Shown here: one piece after another, positions 8,792-17,110 of the stretch
Numbering within the stretch: position 1 is the stretch's first letter
Layout of the letters: each line of letters opens with the position of its first letter
Assembly: GCA_044350705.1 (NCBI GenBank)
Contig: JBILHA010000001.1
Span: forward strand, 355,431 to 419,430
Direction: 5' to 3'
Length of the DNA: 64,000 nt
From: Candidatus Kapaibacterium sp.
GTDB lineage: Bacteria > Patescibacteriota > Patescibacteriia > UBA9934
Program-made: the position numbers and the translations under genes
The notes under the pieces: model-generated
The model's input: only the letters and a program-made list of their open reading frames with translations
Told to the model about the DNA's origin: nothing
Databases searched by the model: none

Positions 8792-9472
8792 ATGCTCTAT
8801 ATCGTTGCTACTCCCATTGGAAATAGAAACGACATCACGGAGCGAGCGAAGCAAACGCTCGCTTCTGTTGATGTTGTGCTTTGTGAAGATACGCGTGTTA
8901 CGGCGAAGTTGTGTAGCATGCTTGAAATTCAGCCTACGCTTCATACCTTTCACGAACATACCGACGATCGCAAGCGTGGAGAGATTGTTGCGCAACTTGT
9001 TGCAGGAAAGAGCATGGCGCTTGTGAGCGATGCGGGTACGCCGGGGATTTCTGATCCGGGAGGCATGCTTGTTGCTGATGCGGTAAAAGCGGGAGTTGAA
9101 GTTGTTCCGATTCCGGGAGTATCGGCGGTTGCTACGGCGCTTTCAGTTTGCGGTTTTCCTACAGCGCGTTTTACGTTTGTAGGATTTCCTCCCCAAAAGA
9201 AAGGACGAGAAACATTTTTTAGAGAGCTTGGAGATATTGCGCATACGATCGTGCTGTATGAGTCTACGCATCGCATTGAGAAAACGATTGAAGCGCTTGG
9301 TGTGCTTGGTCGTCGGTTGTGTGTTTGTCGAGAGCTGACCAAGATGCATGAGACGATTTATCGAGGTACTGCATCTGAAGTTCTTGCCGCGCTTGCAAAA
9401 ACAAGTACGAAGGGGGAGTTTGTGATTGTGGTCGCTCCTCGTGTTCGTGAAAGTATTGAAGTTGTTGAATAA
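8792..9472 (+). CDS. rsmI: 16S rRNA C1402 2'-O-methyltransferase
   Basis: LYIVATPIGN, CEDTR, VSDAGTPGISDPG, RELTKMHE. Confidence 0.95.
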   Translation: MLYIVATPIGNRNDITERAKQTLASVDVVLCEDTRVTAKLCSMLEIQPTLHTFHEHTDDRKRGEIVAQLVAGKSMALVSDAGTPGISDPGGMLVADAVKAGVEVVPIPGVSAVATALSVCGFPTARFTFVGFPPQKKGRETFFRELGDIAHTIVLYESTHRIEKTIEALGVLGRRLCVCRELTKMHETIYRGTASEVLAALAKTSTKGEFVIVVAPRVRESIEVVE

Positions 9473-9519
9473 AAAAAATCCCCCACACGACGTCGCCGTT
9501 CGCGAACGTTCGTGTGGGG
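9472..9519 (-). terminator. Intrinsic terminator of cassette A
   Basis: CCCCACACGA...TCGTGTGGGG stem next to an A-tract (U-tract on the minus strand). Confidence 0.7.
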
Positions 9520-9533
9520 TACGTTGACCTAGA

Positions 9534-9944
9534 TTAGGCCTCGTCGTTTTTTCCCCCACGTCCTGCCGCGGGGGTGAGAGCGTCATCCGGGGGGAGGATG
9601 ACGAATGGGGCCACTGGCAAATTTACCGTCGGCAACATTCTCGACGGAAGTTTCTCGTATACGGCTTTCAGAGCTTTCGTGGCCTCTTCCTTATGTTTCC
9701 CCTCAGCGATCCGCCTTTCGATGAGTCCGAAAAGCGTCTCCATGTTCCCACCTCCCCAGAAGTAAGTGCTGATTGCACCTACAGCCTCAGTGATCTTTCC
9801 CTGTATGATGAGGTGACTGATCTCCTCAACGACCTGATCAATGTCGCTCGCCTCCGCCGCGGTGGGGGTGAGCACCATCATCACCGCGGGGGTGATGGGG
9901 GCGAGGGCGAGGACGATGCGGAGGAGGGCGGGGGCGATCTTCAT
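9534..9944 (-). CDS. GC-rich orphan secreted protein (cassette A)
   Basis: SD GGGAG before ATG 9944; MKIAPALLRIVLALAPITPAVMMVLTPTAAEA signal peptide with AxA cleavage site; own promoter and terminator. Confidence 0.7.
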   Translation of the reverse strand: MKIAPALLRIVLALAPITPAVMMVLTPTAAEASDIDQVVEEISHLIIQGKITEAVGAISTYFWGGGNMETLFGLIERRIAEGKHKEEATKALKAVYEKLPSRMLPTVNLPVAPFVILPPDDALTPAAGRGGKNDEA

Positions 9945-9996
9945 GCTGTCTCCCATGTCGGGTTTTCGGCGGAAGTGCCGAAAAATGCGACCGGTA

Positions 9997-10044
9997 TTTA
10001 TACCATATTTTTAGCTTTTTTTTAAGTATTTGAAGAACGAGCTT
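9997..10044. repeat. 48-bp direct repeat copy 1 (promoter region of cassette A)
   Basis: TTTATACCATATTTTTAGCTTTTTTTTAAGTATTTGAAGAACGAGCTT; 47/48 identical to 10629-10676. Confidence 0.9.
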
Positions 10045-10129
10045 TATTAGATTCGTATATTTTGCTGAGTTCGTCAGTGAGGTCGGGATTGTTCACGTGG
10101 TGATGTGATCACGGTGGAGTTTAAGAAAT

Positions 10130-10166
10130 AAAAACAGAACGCCCTGCACTCGTGAAAGTGCAGGGC
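10130..10166 (-). terminator. Intrinsic terminator of cassette B
   Basis: GCCCTGCACT-CGTGAA-AGTGCAGGGC perfect 10-bp stem followed on the minus strand by GTTCTGTTTT. Confidence 0.75.
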
Positions 10167-10181
10167 AAGCGGAAGGGGGGG

Positions 10182-10541
10182 TCAGTACGTGTGCGTGCCG
10201 ATGCACACGTACCTCCCATCATCGAACATTTCCGGTGGGTCTACGATCTCCCCGTAGGAAATGTAGACCTCCTCCTCCTTGTTGACGCAGAGCGTGGACG
10301 AGGCCCCCGGCGGGCACGTGGCCCAGAAGCTGGGCGGCTCCTCCTCTCCCCCGATGGGGACCATGAGGAAGTCCCCCTCCTTCCCCGGGAGGATGACCGT
10401 GGCGGTCTCCTCGCCCTCGTCGACCTCGACGCAGGCGAAGCTCCAACCGTCGGAGACCTCCTGCTCGAACGCCTCCACGCAGGAGACGGTGGCCTCGCTG
10501 CAGCCGGTGGTGAGGGAGAGGGCGAGGGTGGCGGTGCGCAT
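10182..10541 (-). CDS. GC-rich orphan lipoprotein-like protein (cassette B)
   Basis: SD AGGAG 6 nt before ATG; MRTATLALSLTTGC lipobox-like; acidic, Cys-containing. Confidence 0.7.
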   Translation of the reverse strand: MRTATLALSLTTGCSEATVSCVEAFEQEVSDGWSFACVEVDEGEETATVILPGKEGDFLMVPIGGEEEPPSFWATCPPGASSTLCVNKEEEVYISYGEIVDPPEMFDDGRYVCIGTHTY

Positions 10542-10628
10542 GGTGAACTCCTGCCTTTGGGTAAGAAACCCGAGGCTTCCAACGAAATGTCACTTCTTTG
10601 ACGAAATTGCCATTGAACGTGACATGTT

Positions 10629-10690
10629 TTTATACCATATTTTTAGCTTTTTTTCAAGTATTTGAAGAACGAGCTTCTTTCCAGTACGAT
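10629..10690. promoter_or_regulatory. 48-bp repeat copy 2 (10629-10676) carrying back-to-back sigma70 promoters
   Basis: Minus: TTGAAA-17-TATAAA with TGn extension toward cassette B; plus: TTGAAG(10662)-17-TACGAT(10685) toward metG. Confidence 0.7.
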
Positions 10691-10735
10691 TTCTTGCATC
10701 ATCTTGATTCCCGTTTTTTAGCACTTTTTCTTCCT

Positions 10736-12223
10736 ATGTCTCGTTTTATTACCGCTTCTATTCCTTATGTAAATTCCACACCGCATGTGGGATATGCACT
10801 TGAGCTCATTCAGGTCGATGCGCTTCTTCGGTATTACCGCACACGAGGCGAGGTAGTTCGCGGGCAATTTGGCAGTGATGATAATAGTTTGAAAAATGTG
10901 CGTGCGGCGAAAGAGGCAGGGGAGACGACCGAGGCGTTTGTTGCACGACATGCAGAAGAGTTTCGTAAGCTTTCCGATATTCTTCAGCTTGATGCATCGG
11001 TGCGTCACTTTATTCGAACGCGAGATGACGTGCACATGCGGGGTGCGCAGAAGCTTTGGAGCATGTTTCGACCTGAAGACATCGATAAGCGTTCGTACGA
11101 AGGGTTGTACTGCGTAGGTTGCGAGGCTTTTTATTCGCAAGAAGATCTTCTTGAAGGAAAGAATTGTCCTACGCACAAGAAGCCAGTTGAAGTTATTCAA
11201 GAAGAAAATTATTTCTTCAAACTTTCCAATTATCAATCTTTTTTTGAGGAGTTGCTTACACAGGGTGTTGCAACGTGGCAGGGAAAGGAGCATCGCATGA
11301 CGATTGTTCCTGAAGAGCGACGTAATGAAATGTTGGCGTTTGCCAAGAAGTTGGAAGACTTTAGCATTTCGCGTTCCGTGCAACGTGCAGAAAACTGGGG
11401 AGTTCCTGTTCCGGGCGATGAAAGTCAGGTGATGTATGTATGGGTTGATGCGCTTTCGAACTATATTACCGGCTTAGGTTTTGCTGATGACGCACAAGAA
11501 TTTGCAGAATTTTGGACGAACGCTGATGTACGAACGCATGTTATTGGAAAAGACATTGTGCGCTTCCATGCAATTTATTGGCCAGCCTTTTTGCTTTCTG
11601 CAGGTCTCCCACTTCCTACCGAGATTTTTGTGCATGGCTTTCTTACGGTTGAAGGGGAGAAGATGAGTAAGTCGTTGGGCAATGTGGTGCGCCCGCAGGA
11701 GATGATTGATGTGTACGGTGTTGATGCGACGCGATATTTGCTTCTTCGTGATCTTCCCTTGGTGGGAGATGGTGATATTTCAAAAGATCGACTTGAGGAG
11801 CGCTATAACGAACTTGCAAATGGATTGGGGAATTTGGTTGGACGTGTTGCCGCCATGGCGAATAAGTATTTTGACGGTGTGCTTGATGTGGTTGATGTGC
11901 ATTATGCTGGATTTGATGCCGCATTTGCTGATGTACTGCATGCCGCACTCACGTCTCGTGATTTCAAGCGATATCTTGAGATTGTGCAGGATTTGGTAGG
12001 CGTTGCGAATAAGAAGATTAATGATGAAGAGCCGTTCCGAACCGCAAAGACCGATCTTCTTGCATGTAAGAAAACACTTTCCGAAGTTGCGGCGATGATT
12101 CGTGCGATTGCTGAAGCATATGCGCCCGTCATGCCTTCAATGAGTGCAGAAATCCTTGCGCGGTATAATGGTGAAAAGATTATTCACGGAGAGCCGTTGT
12201 TTCCGAAGCGAGACGAAGCATGA
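10736..12223 (+). CDS. metG: Methionine--tRNA ligase (short form)
   Basis: IPYVNSTPHVGY, YVWVDAL, GKDIVRFHAIYWPA, KMSKS. Confidence 0.96.
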   Translation: MSRFITASIPYVNSTPHVGYALELIQVDALLRYYRTRGEVVRGQFGSDDNSLKNVRAAKEAGETTEAFVARHAEEFRKLSDILQLDASVRHFIRTRDDVHMRGAQKLWSMFRPEDIDKRSYEGLYCVGCEAFYSQEDLLEGKNCPTHKKPVEVIQEENYFFKLSNYQSFFEELLTQGVATWQGKEHRMTIVPEERRNEMLAFAKKLEDFSISRSVQRAENWGVPVPGDESQVMYVWVDALSNYITGLGFADDAQEFAEFWTNADVRTHVIGKDIVRFHAIYWPAFLLSAGLPLPTEIFVHGFLTVEGEKMSKSLGNVVRPQEMIDVYGVDATRYLLLRDLPLVGDGDISKDRLEERYNELANGLGNLVGRVAAMANKYFDGVLDVVDVHYAGFDAAFADVLHAALTSRDFKRYLEIVQDLVGVANKKINDEEPFRTAKTDLLACKKTLSEVAAMIRAIAEAYAPVMPSMSAEILARYNGEKIIHGEPLFPKRDEA

Positions 12224-12705
12224 TATTTATGCAACCCTACATCATCGACATCATCTTTGGAGTTCTTGCGCTCGTGCTTTTTGTGTATGGGTGGCGAAAA
12301 GGATTTGTGCGAATGGCGGGAGGTATGGTGAGTTTGGTGGTGAGTGTTGTTGCGGGTATTTGGGGAGTGGAGTGGATCGAAGACGTTCTCGGCATTCCGC
12401 TTTCGGCGACGTTTTTTGGATTGATTTTCGCTTTTCTCACAATTGCGGTCATTGTCAGTGCCATGCTGAATCTTGTGGTTACGCTTCTCGATTTACTTCG
12501 TCGATTGCTTACGATGATTCCGGGTGTTGGATTTATCCATCGGCTTGCGGGTGCTTTTGTAGGCGTGCTTGAAGTGGGAGTTCTGATTCTCGGTGTAAGT
12601 TATGCTGCAGTGTATATTCTTGTTGAAAGTGAGCACCGTACGCTTTTGCTTTCCTCGCAAGTTGTCGGATACGGCGTTCGTGTTCTTGAACAGGTGATGT
12701 TTTGA
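12220..12705 (+). CDS. CvpA-family membrane protein
   Basis: YGWRKGFVR and HRLAGAFVG patterns, about 4 TM segments. Confidence 0.75.
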   Translation: MIFMQPYIIDIIFGVLALVLFVYGWRKGFVRMAGGMVSLVVSVVAGIWGVEWIEDVLGIPLSATFFGLIFAFLTIAVIVSAMLNLVVTLLDLLRRLLTMIPGVGFIHRLAGAFVGVLEVGVLILGVSYAAVYILVESEHRTLLLSSQVVGYGVRVLEQVMF

Positions 12706-12717
12706 TGATGCGAAAGA

Positions 12718-12772
12718 GTGTCATCCTGACCGGCAAATAGCCGGTCCTGAGGGATCGTGAAGCGATCTTGCA
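12718..12772. repeat. REP-like palindromic element
   Basis: GTCATCCTGA-CCGGC-AAATA-GCCGG-TCCTGAGGGATCG-TGAAG-CGATC; nested hairpins resembling the GTCATCCTGAG...GGATC REP class. Confidence 0.5.
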
Positions 12773-12781
12773 CACCCCACA

Positions 12782-12857
12782 CCCCTCACTCCCCTCACTC
12801 CCCTCACTCCCCTCACTCCCCTCACTCCCCTCACTCCCCTCACTCCCCTCACTCCCC
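12782..12857 (+). repeat. Tandem repeat (CCCCTCACT)x8 + CCCC immediately upstream of tatD
   Basis: Directly counted perfect 9-bp units. Confidence 0.95.
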
Positions 12858-12871
12858 ATCCCAACACCACT

Positions 12872-13726
12872 ATGCGCCTTTTTGACTCCCATACCCACGT
12901 TCACTTTCCCGCTTTTACCGATGTTGATCGCATCATGAAGCACGCTCAAGAAACCGATCTTGGCATGCTTACCGTAGGAACGCTGGCACATACGAATGCC
13001 GCCGCGGTTGCATTTGCAGAGCAGTATTCTCAAGTATGGGCTGCGGTAGGCATTCATCCGTCGCACGTACATCCGCTTTCGTATCACGATGAACATGAAC
13101 TTCCTGAAGGTGTGACGCATGAAGGCGTTGTGAGTGAAGATGGCACGATCGATCTTTCCGATGTTGAACAGTATTTGCCACATCCAAAGGTTGTTGCGAT
13201 TGGGGAATTTGGGTTGGATTATTATCGTTTGCCTGAAGATGCTGATACGGCACAAAAAATAAAAGACGAGCAGAAGAAAGCGGCGGCGGCGCATATGAAA
13301 CTTTGCTCTGCGCATCACAAGCCTGCAGTGATTCACTGTCGAGATGCACACGATGATATGCAGCAGCTTATTATGGCGGAGATTGCAAAGGGTGGTTTGG
13401 CCGAGCGCGGAGTTATTCATTGCTTCACGGGAACGAGCGAGGAAGCAATGAAGTATGTTGAACTTGGATTCATGATTTCTTTTTCTGGCATTGTCACTTT
13501 TGCAAAGTCTCTTCAAGAAGTTGCCAAACAAGTGCCGCTGTATTCGATGCTCGTAGAGACTGATGCGCCATACCTTGCGCCCGTGCCGTATCGTGGTAAG
13601 CGGAATGAGCCCGCGTATGTCGAAGAGACGGTCAAGTTTTTGGCGGATCTTCGGGGAATGTCGTTTGATGAGTTTGCGAAGCAGACTGTAGAGAATGCGC
13701 AGAAGATGTTTAAGATTTCTGTATAG
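12872..13726 (+). CDS. tatD: TatD-family nuclease
   Basis: DSHTH, GIHP, IGEFGLDYY, IHCR, HCFTG, ETDAPYLAP. Confidence 0.95.
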   Translation: MRLFDSHTHVHFPAFTDVDRIMKHAQETDLGMLTVGTLAHTNAAAVAFAEQYSQVWAAVGIHPSHVHPLSYHDEHELPEGVTHEGVVSEDGTIDLSDVEQYLPHPKVVAIGEFGLDYYRLPEDADTAQKIKDEQKKAAAAHMKLCSAHHKPAVIHCRDAHDDMQQLIMAEIAKGGLAERGVIHCFTGTSEEAMKYVELGFMISFSGIVTFAKSLQEVAKQVPLYSMLVETDAPYLAPVPYRGKRNEPAYVEETVKFLADLRGMSFDEFAKQTVENAQKMFKISV

Positions 13727-13728
13727 GT

Positions 13729-14298
13729 ATGGATACGCTTTCTCTCCATGATCCTCGGCTGATGAATCTTTTGAAACAAGGAGGGGTAGGGGTGTTGCCA
13801 ACCGATACGGTGTATGGCCTTGTGTGCGATGCGTCGAATACGGATGCGGTTGAAAAGTTATATCGTTTAAAGTCGAGAGAAAAGAAACCGGGAGTGCTTG
13901 TTGCGGCTGATGTTGCGCAAGTGAGTAGTTTTGGTTTTCCTCTGCATGCCGTTGAAGAGGCACGCCGTTTTTGGCCGGGGGTCAGTGTTGTGCTTCCACT
14001 TGGGGAGGATATGTCGTATCTCCACCAAGGCGTAGAAGCGCTTGCGGTGCGGGTAGTTGCTGATGAGACGTTGCAGATGTTTTTGCAAAAAACTGGTCCT
14101 CTTCTTACCTCAAGTGCCAATCTTCCCGAAGAGTCGCCGGCGAATACTTTGGAAGAAGCGCGTGCGTATTTTGGGGTTGCAGTGGATTTTTATGTTGATG
14201 GGGGAGATTTGTCGGGGCGGCAGTCGTCGACATTAATTCGGGTAGTGAATGGTAAGGTGGAGGTTTTGCGACAGGGGTCCATTCGAGTTCAAGGATAA
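13729..14298 (+). CDS. tsaC: L-threonylcarbamoyladenylate synthase (TsaC/Sua5)
   Basis: PTDTVYGL, KSREKKP, SSAN, SSTLI, LRQG. Confidence 0.9.
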   Translation: MDTLSLHDPRLMNLLKQGGVGVLPTDTVYGLVCDASNTDAVEKLYRLKSREKKPGVLVAADVAQVSSFGFPLHAVEEARRFWPGVSVVLPLGEDMSYLHQGVEALAVRVVADETLQMFLQKTGPLLTSSANLPEESPANTLEEARAYFGVAVDFYVDGGDLSGRQSSTLIRVVNGKVEVLRQGSIRVQG

Positions 14299-14430
14299 AT
14301 GCATGAGAAGGGTCCCAGACGTTTATTTCTTTTTGAGAAACAAGAGCGTGGGTAAGGGATTTGAAAGAGAGCTCGATTTTTTGATAGCGTGTTTCTAGGC
14401 TGGCATCTTGCCTGCCTTCAAGGGGGAACC

Positions 14431-14619
14431 ATGCTTCTTGGGCATGAACCGATCCAAGAACCGGACCAGCAGGGGGACAAGAAGCCGCCCCCGCCTCCTC
14501 GTCCGCCGTGGCCGGGTTATCCCGGCCGTCGTCGACCTGAGCAGGATCCTCAGATGCCGCCCATCCGGCGGCCGCCGCTGCCCGGATGGGGGGATGATCG
14601 TCCGCCCATCGAGGCCTAG
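14431..14619 (+). CDS. GC-rich proline-rich orphan peptide (cassette C, 62 aa)
   Basis: SD AAGGGGG before ATG; MLLGHEPIQEPDQQGDKKPPPPPRPPWPGYPGRRRPEQDPQMPPIRRPPLPGWGDDRPPIEA; upstream TTGAAA(14361)-18-TAGCGT. Confidence 0.6.
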   Translation: MLLGHEPIQEPDQQGDKKPPPPPRPPWPGYPGRRRPEQDPQMPPIRRPPLPGWGDDRPPIEA

Positions 14620-14630
14620 GGGCCTCGCGC

Positions 14631-14698
14631 GCGACATCCAGGTCGCTGTCGCCCTTCATTGGGTGGCGGCGGCATCTTCGGATGTCGCTTTTCTTTTT
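14631..14698 (+). terminator. Long GC-rich terminator of cassette C
   Basis: GCGACATCC...GGATGTCGC followed by TTTTCTTTTT. Confidence 0.75.
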
Positions 14699-14736
14699 GA
14701 CCATCGCTTTTCATTTCGATACACTTTTTCCATTCT

Positions 14737-16536
14737 ATGATGACCGCAAACGAGCTTCGCCAAAAATACGTCGACTTTTTTAAAACAAAAGGTCATGCAG
14801 AAATTCCTTCTGCATCAGTTGTTCCTGAAAATGATCCTACGGTACTTTTTACCACCGCTGGCATGCATCCGCTTGTTCCATACCTCCTTGGACAGCCGCA
14901 TCCCGCCGGAAAGCGTTTGGTTGATTATCAGCGCTGCATTCGTACGGGAGACATTGATGACGTAGGTGATGATACGCACCTCACGTTTTTCACGATGCTC
15001 GGAAACTGGTCGCTCGGTGATTATTTTAAAAAGGAATCCATTGAATGGAGTTTTGAATTTTTGACTTCTCCGCAGTGGCTCAATATTCCTCTTTCTCATT
15101 TGTCGTTTACGGTTTTCGAGGGTGATGAAAACGCGCCGTTTGATGAAGAGGCGTACAGTCATTGGATGCGTCTTCTTACCGATGCTGGACTTTCCGAAGA
15201 GCAGGCGCGTGAAAAGATTGCGAAGCTTCCGAAAGAAGATAACTGGTGGGGTCCTGCAGGAAAGACCGGTCCTTGTGGACCTGACACGGAAATTTTTTAT
15301 TGGGTTGGGGAGGGGGAGCCTGTGGGAAACAAAGGTACGCATTCCAAGCAATGGATGGAAATTTGGAATAACGTGTTCATGCAGTTTAATAAGCAAGAAG
15401 ATGGCACGCTTGTTCCTCTTGCGGCGGGAAGTGTTGATACCGGTATGGGTCTTGAGCGCACGGTCACTGCGCTTCAAAAGCGTGTGAATGTGTACCAGAC
15501 CGAAGTATTTGCCGGCATGCTTGAGGTACTTGAAAAGTTGTCGGGAAAGAAATACGAGGAAGATGCGCAGGTTGTGCAATCTATGCGCATTATTGCTGAT
15601 CATTTGCGTGCGGCAGCAATCATGGCCATGGATGGCGTGATTCCTACGAATAAAGATCAAGGTTACATTCTTCGTCGTCTTATTCGCCGTGCTATTCGTC
15701 ATGCGCGTAAGTTGAATGTAGTGAGTGCAGACCTTATCGATCCTATGATTGATGCGGTTATTGCGTCTCTTGGCGAATCCTATCCAAAGCTTGCAGAGAA
15801 AAAGGCCGAAATCGTTTCTGTACTTTCTCAAGAAGCGGCGAAGTTTGAAAAAACGATCGCGCAAGGATTAAAAGAGTTCCAAAAAATTTGGGAGCGACAG
15901 CAGGCGATTTCTGGTGAAGATGCTTTTAATCTTTATCAGTCATTCGGTTTTCCTCTTGAAGTAACGCAAGAACTTGCGGCAGAACAAGGTCAACAAGTTG
16001 ATCGCGAAGTCTTCCACGAAGAATTTAAAAAGCACCAAGATCTTTCTCGTGCAGGGGCTGAGCAAAAGTTTGCGGGAGGTCTTGCGGATCATTCGGTAGA
16101 AACTACGAAGTTGCATACCGCAACGCACTTGCTGCATCAGGCGCTTCGTACCGTGCTCGGCGATCATGTTGCACAGAAGGGAAGTAACATTACTGCTGAA
16201 CGTTTGCGCTTTGACTTTTCTCATTCAGAGAAAATGACGCCTGAGCAAATAAAACAAGTAGAAGATATCGTGAATGAACAAATCAAACGTGATTTGCCGG
16301 TGCATTTTGAAATGCTTACGGTTGCAGAGGCAAAAGAAAAAGGTGCAATTGGACTCTTTGAAGATAAGTACGCGCTTATTGGCGACAAGATCAAGGTGTA
16401 CTTTATGGGAGATTACAGTAAGGAAATTTGTGGCGGTCCTCACGTTGAGCACACCGGACAGTTGGGAGGCATTAAGATTGCGAAAGAAGAAGCGGTTTCT
16501 GCGGGCGTGCGAAGAATTAAGGCGGTGTTGGGATAG
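14737..16536 (+). CDS. alaS: Alanine--tRNA ligase (lacks C-Ala domain)
   Basis: DPTVLFTTAGM, LGNWSLGDYFK, EIWNNVF, DTGMGLER, editing HTATH and CGGPH; ends after GVRRIKA. Confidence 0.96.
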   Translation: MMTANELRQKYVDFFKTKGHAEIPSASVVPENDPTVLFTTAGMHPLVPYLLGQPHPAGKRLVDYQRCIRTGDIDDVGDDTHLTFFTMLGNWSLGDYFKKESIEWSFEFLTSPQWLNIPLSHLSFTVFEGDENAPFDEEAYSHWMRLLTDAGLSEEQAREKIAKLPKEDNWWGPAGKTGPCGPDTEIFYWVGEGEPVGNKGTHSKQWMEIWNNVFMQFNKQEDGTLVPLAAGSVDTGMGLERTVTALQKRVNVYQTEVFAGMLEVLEKLSGKKYEEDAQVVQSMRIIADHLRAAAIMAMDGVIPTNKDQGYILRRLIRRAIRHARKLNVVSADLIDPMIDAVIASLGESYPKLAEKKAEIVSVLSQEAAKFEKTIAQGLKEFQKIWERQQAISGEDAFNLYQSFGFPLEVTQELAAEQGQQVDREVFHEEFKKHQDLSRAGAEQKFAGGLADHSVETTKLHTATHLLHQALRTVLGDHVAQKGSNITAERLRFDFSHSEKMTPEQIKQVEDIVNEQIKRDLPVHFEMLTVAEAKEKGAIGLFEDKYALIGDKIKVYFMGDYSKEICGGPHVEHTGQLGGIKIAKEEAVSAGVRRIKAVLG

Positions 16537-16574
16537 GGAGTAGGGGGAGTGAGGGGAGTTGGGGGAGTGAAGGG
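16536..16574 (+). repeat. Degenerate (GGGGAGTGA)-type repeat, reverse complement of the 12782 unit
   Basis: GGGAGTAGGGGGAGTGAGGGGAGTTGGGGGAGTGAAGGG. Confidence 0.75.
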
Positions 16575-16645
16575 ACGGATCAACGTATCCGTCCCTTTGT
16601 GTTTTAAAAGAGAGAAGCCCCGGCCGGCGAGATGCCGGACGGGGC
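16570..16645. terminator. Back-to-back terminators of alaS (+) and cassette D (-)
   Basis: AAGGGACGGAT/ATCCGTCCCTT stem plus T-tract; GCCCCG...CGGGGC stem preceded by an AG-rich tract. Confidence 0.7.
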
Positions 16646-16691
16646 GCGAGCGCGAGGGCCGTGCGAGGCCCGGGCGCTTGGGTGGGGGGGG

Positions 16692-16883
16692 CTAGCCCCC
16701 GACGATGGCCACGAGGGTGGCCAGGAAGAGAACGATTCCCAGGCCCACGAGGACCCAGGCGCCACTTTTCGTGGTGTTTTCGGCCGAGGTCGTTCCGACG
16801 ATCGCGGTCCGCATCTCACGCGTGTTCATGTTCGGGGTGATCCCCGGATAGCGGTTGTCTGCCATTTTCTGTCTACGTGCCAT
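16692..16883 (-). CDS. GC-rich orphan tail-anchored membrane peptide (cassette D, gene 2)
   Basis: SD AAGGGGA before ATG; C-terminal TM WVLVGLGIVLFLATLVAIVGG. Confidence 0.65.
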   Translation of the reverse strand: MARRQKMADNRYPGITPNMNTREMRTAIVGTTSAENTTKSGAWVLVGLGIVLFLATLVAIVGG

Positions 16884-16945
16884 GCAGTCCCCTTGACGTG
16901 TGGCTTGTCCGTCGGCTTGAGACCGACAGACGGGGGGGTGAGAAC

Positions 16946-17110
16946 TCAGAACGTCCGGATGAAGTCCGAGACGTCCGAGAGGAAGGGGCTTAAAAGCCCC
17001 TGGTCATCGGCTTCCCTGAGGGCGAACCAGAGGGGAAGACCGAAGAAGATCGCGATTATGACGAGGCATCCGCCTCGTCCCCCCGGTGGTGGGGCGTTTT
17101 GTTCCTCCAT
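16946..17110 (-). CDS. GC-rich orphan single-TM peptide (cassette D, gene 1; 54 aa)
   Basis: SD AGGAG; MEEQNAPPPGGRGGCLVIIAIFFGLPLWFALREADDQGLLSPFLSDVSDFIRTF; promoter TTGTAA-17-TACGCT at 17163-17135; not in the ORF track. Confidence 0.7.
   Translation of the reverse strand: MEEQNAPPPGGRGGCLVIIAIFFGLPLWFALREADDQGLLSPFLSDVSDFIRTF

Noticed and set aside
10152-10665. Alternative ORFs overlapping cassette B
   Set aside because: By-products of high GC; only 10182-10541(-) has an SD, signal sequence and matching promoter/terminator
9997-10676. 48-bp repeats as a CRISPR array or integron attC sites
   Set aside because: Only two copies about 630 bp apart, non-palindromic and promoter-like; no cas or intI gene in the window
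12533-13963. 476-aa minus-strand ORF with SEG repeats
   Set aside because: Antisense shadow of tatD/tsaC; the SEG run is just the 9-bp DNA repeat
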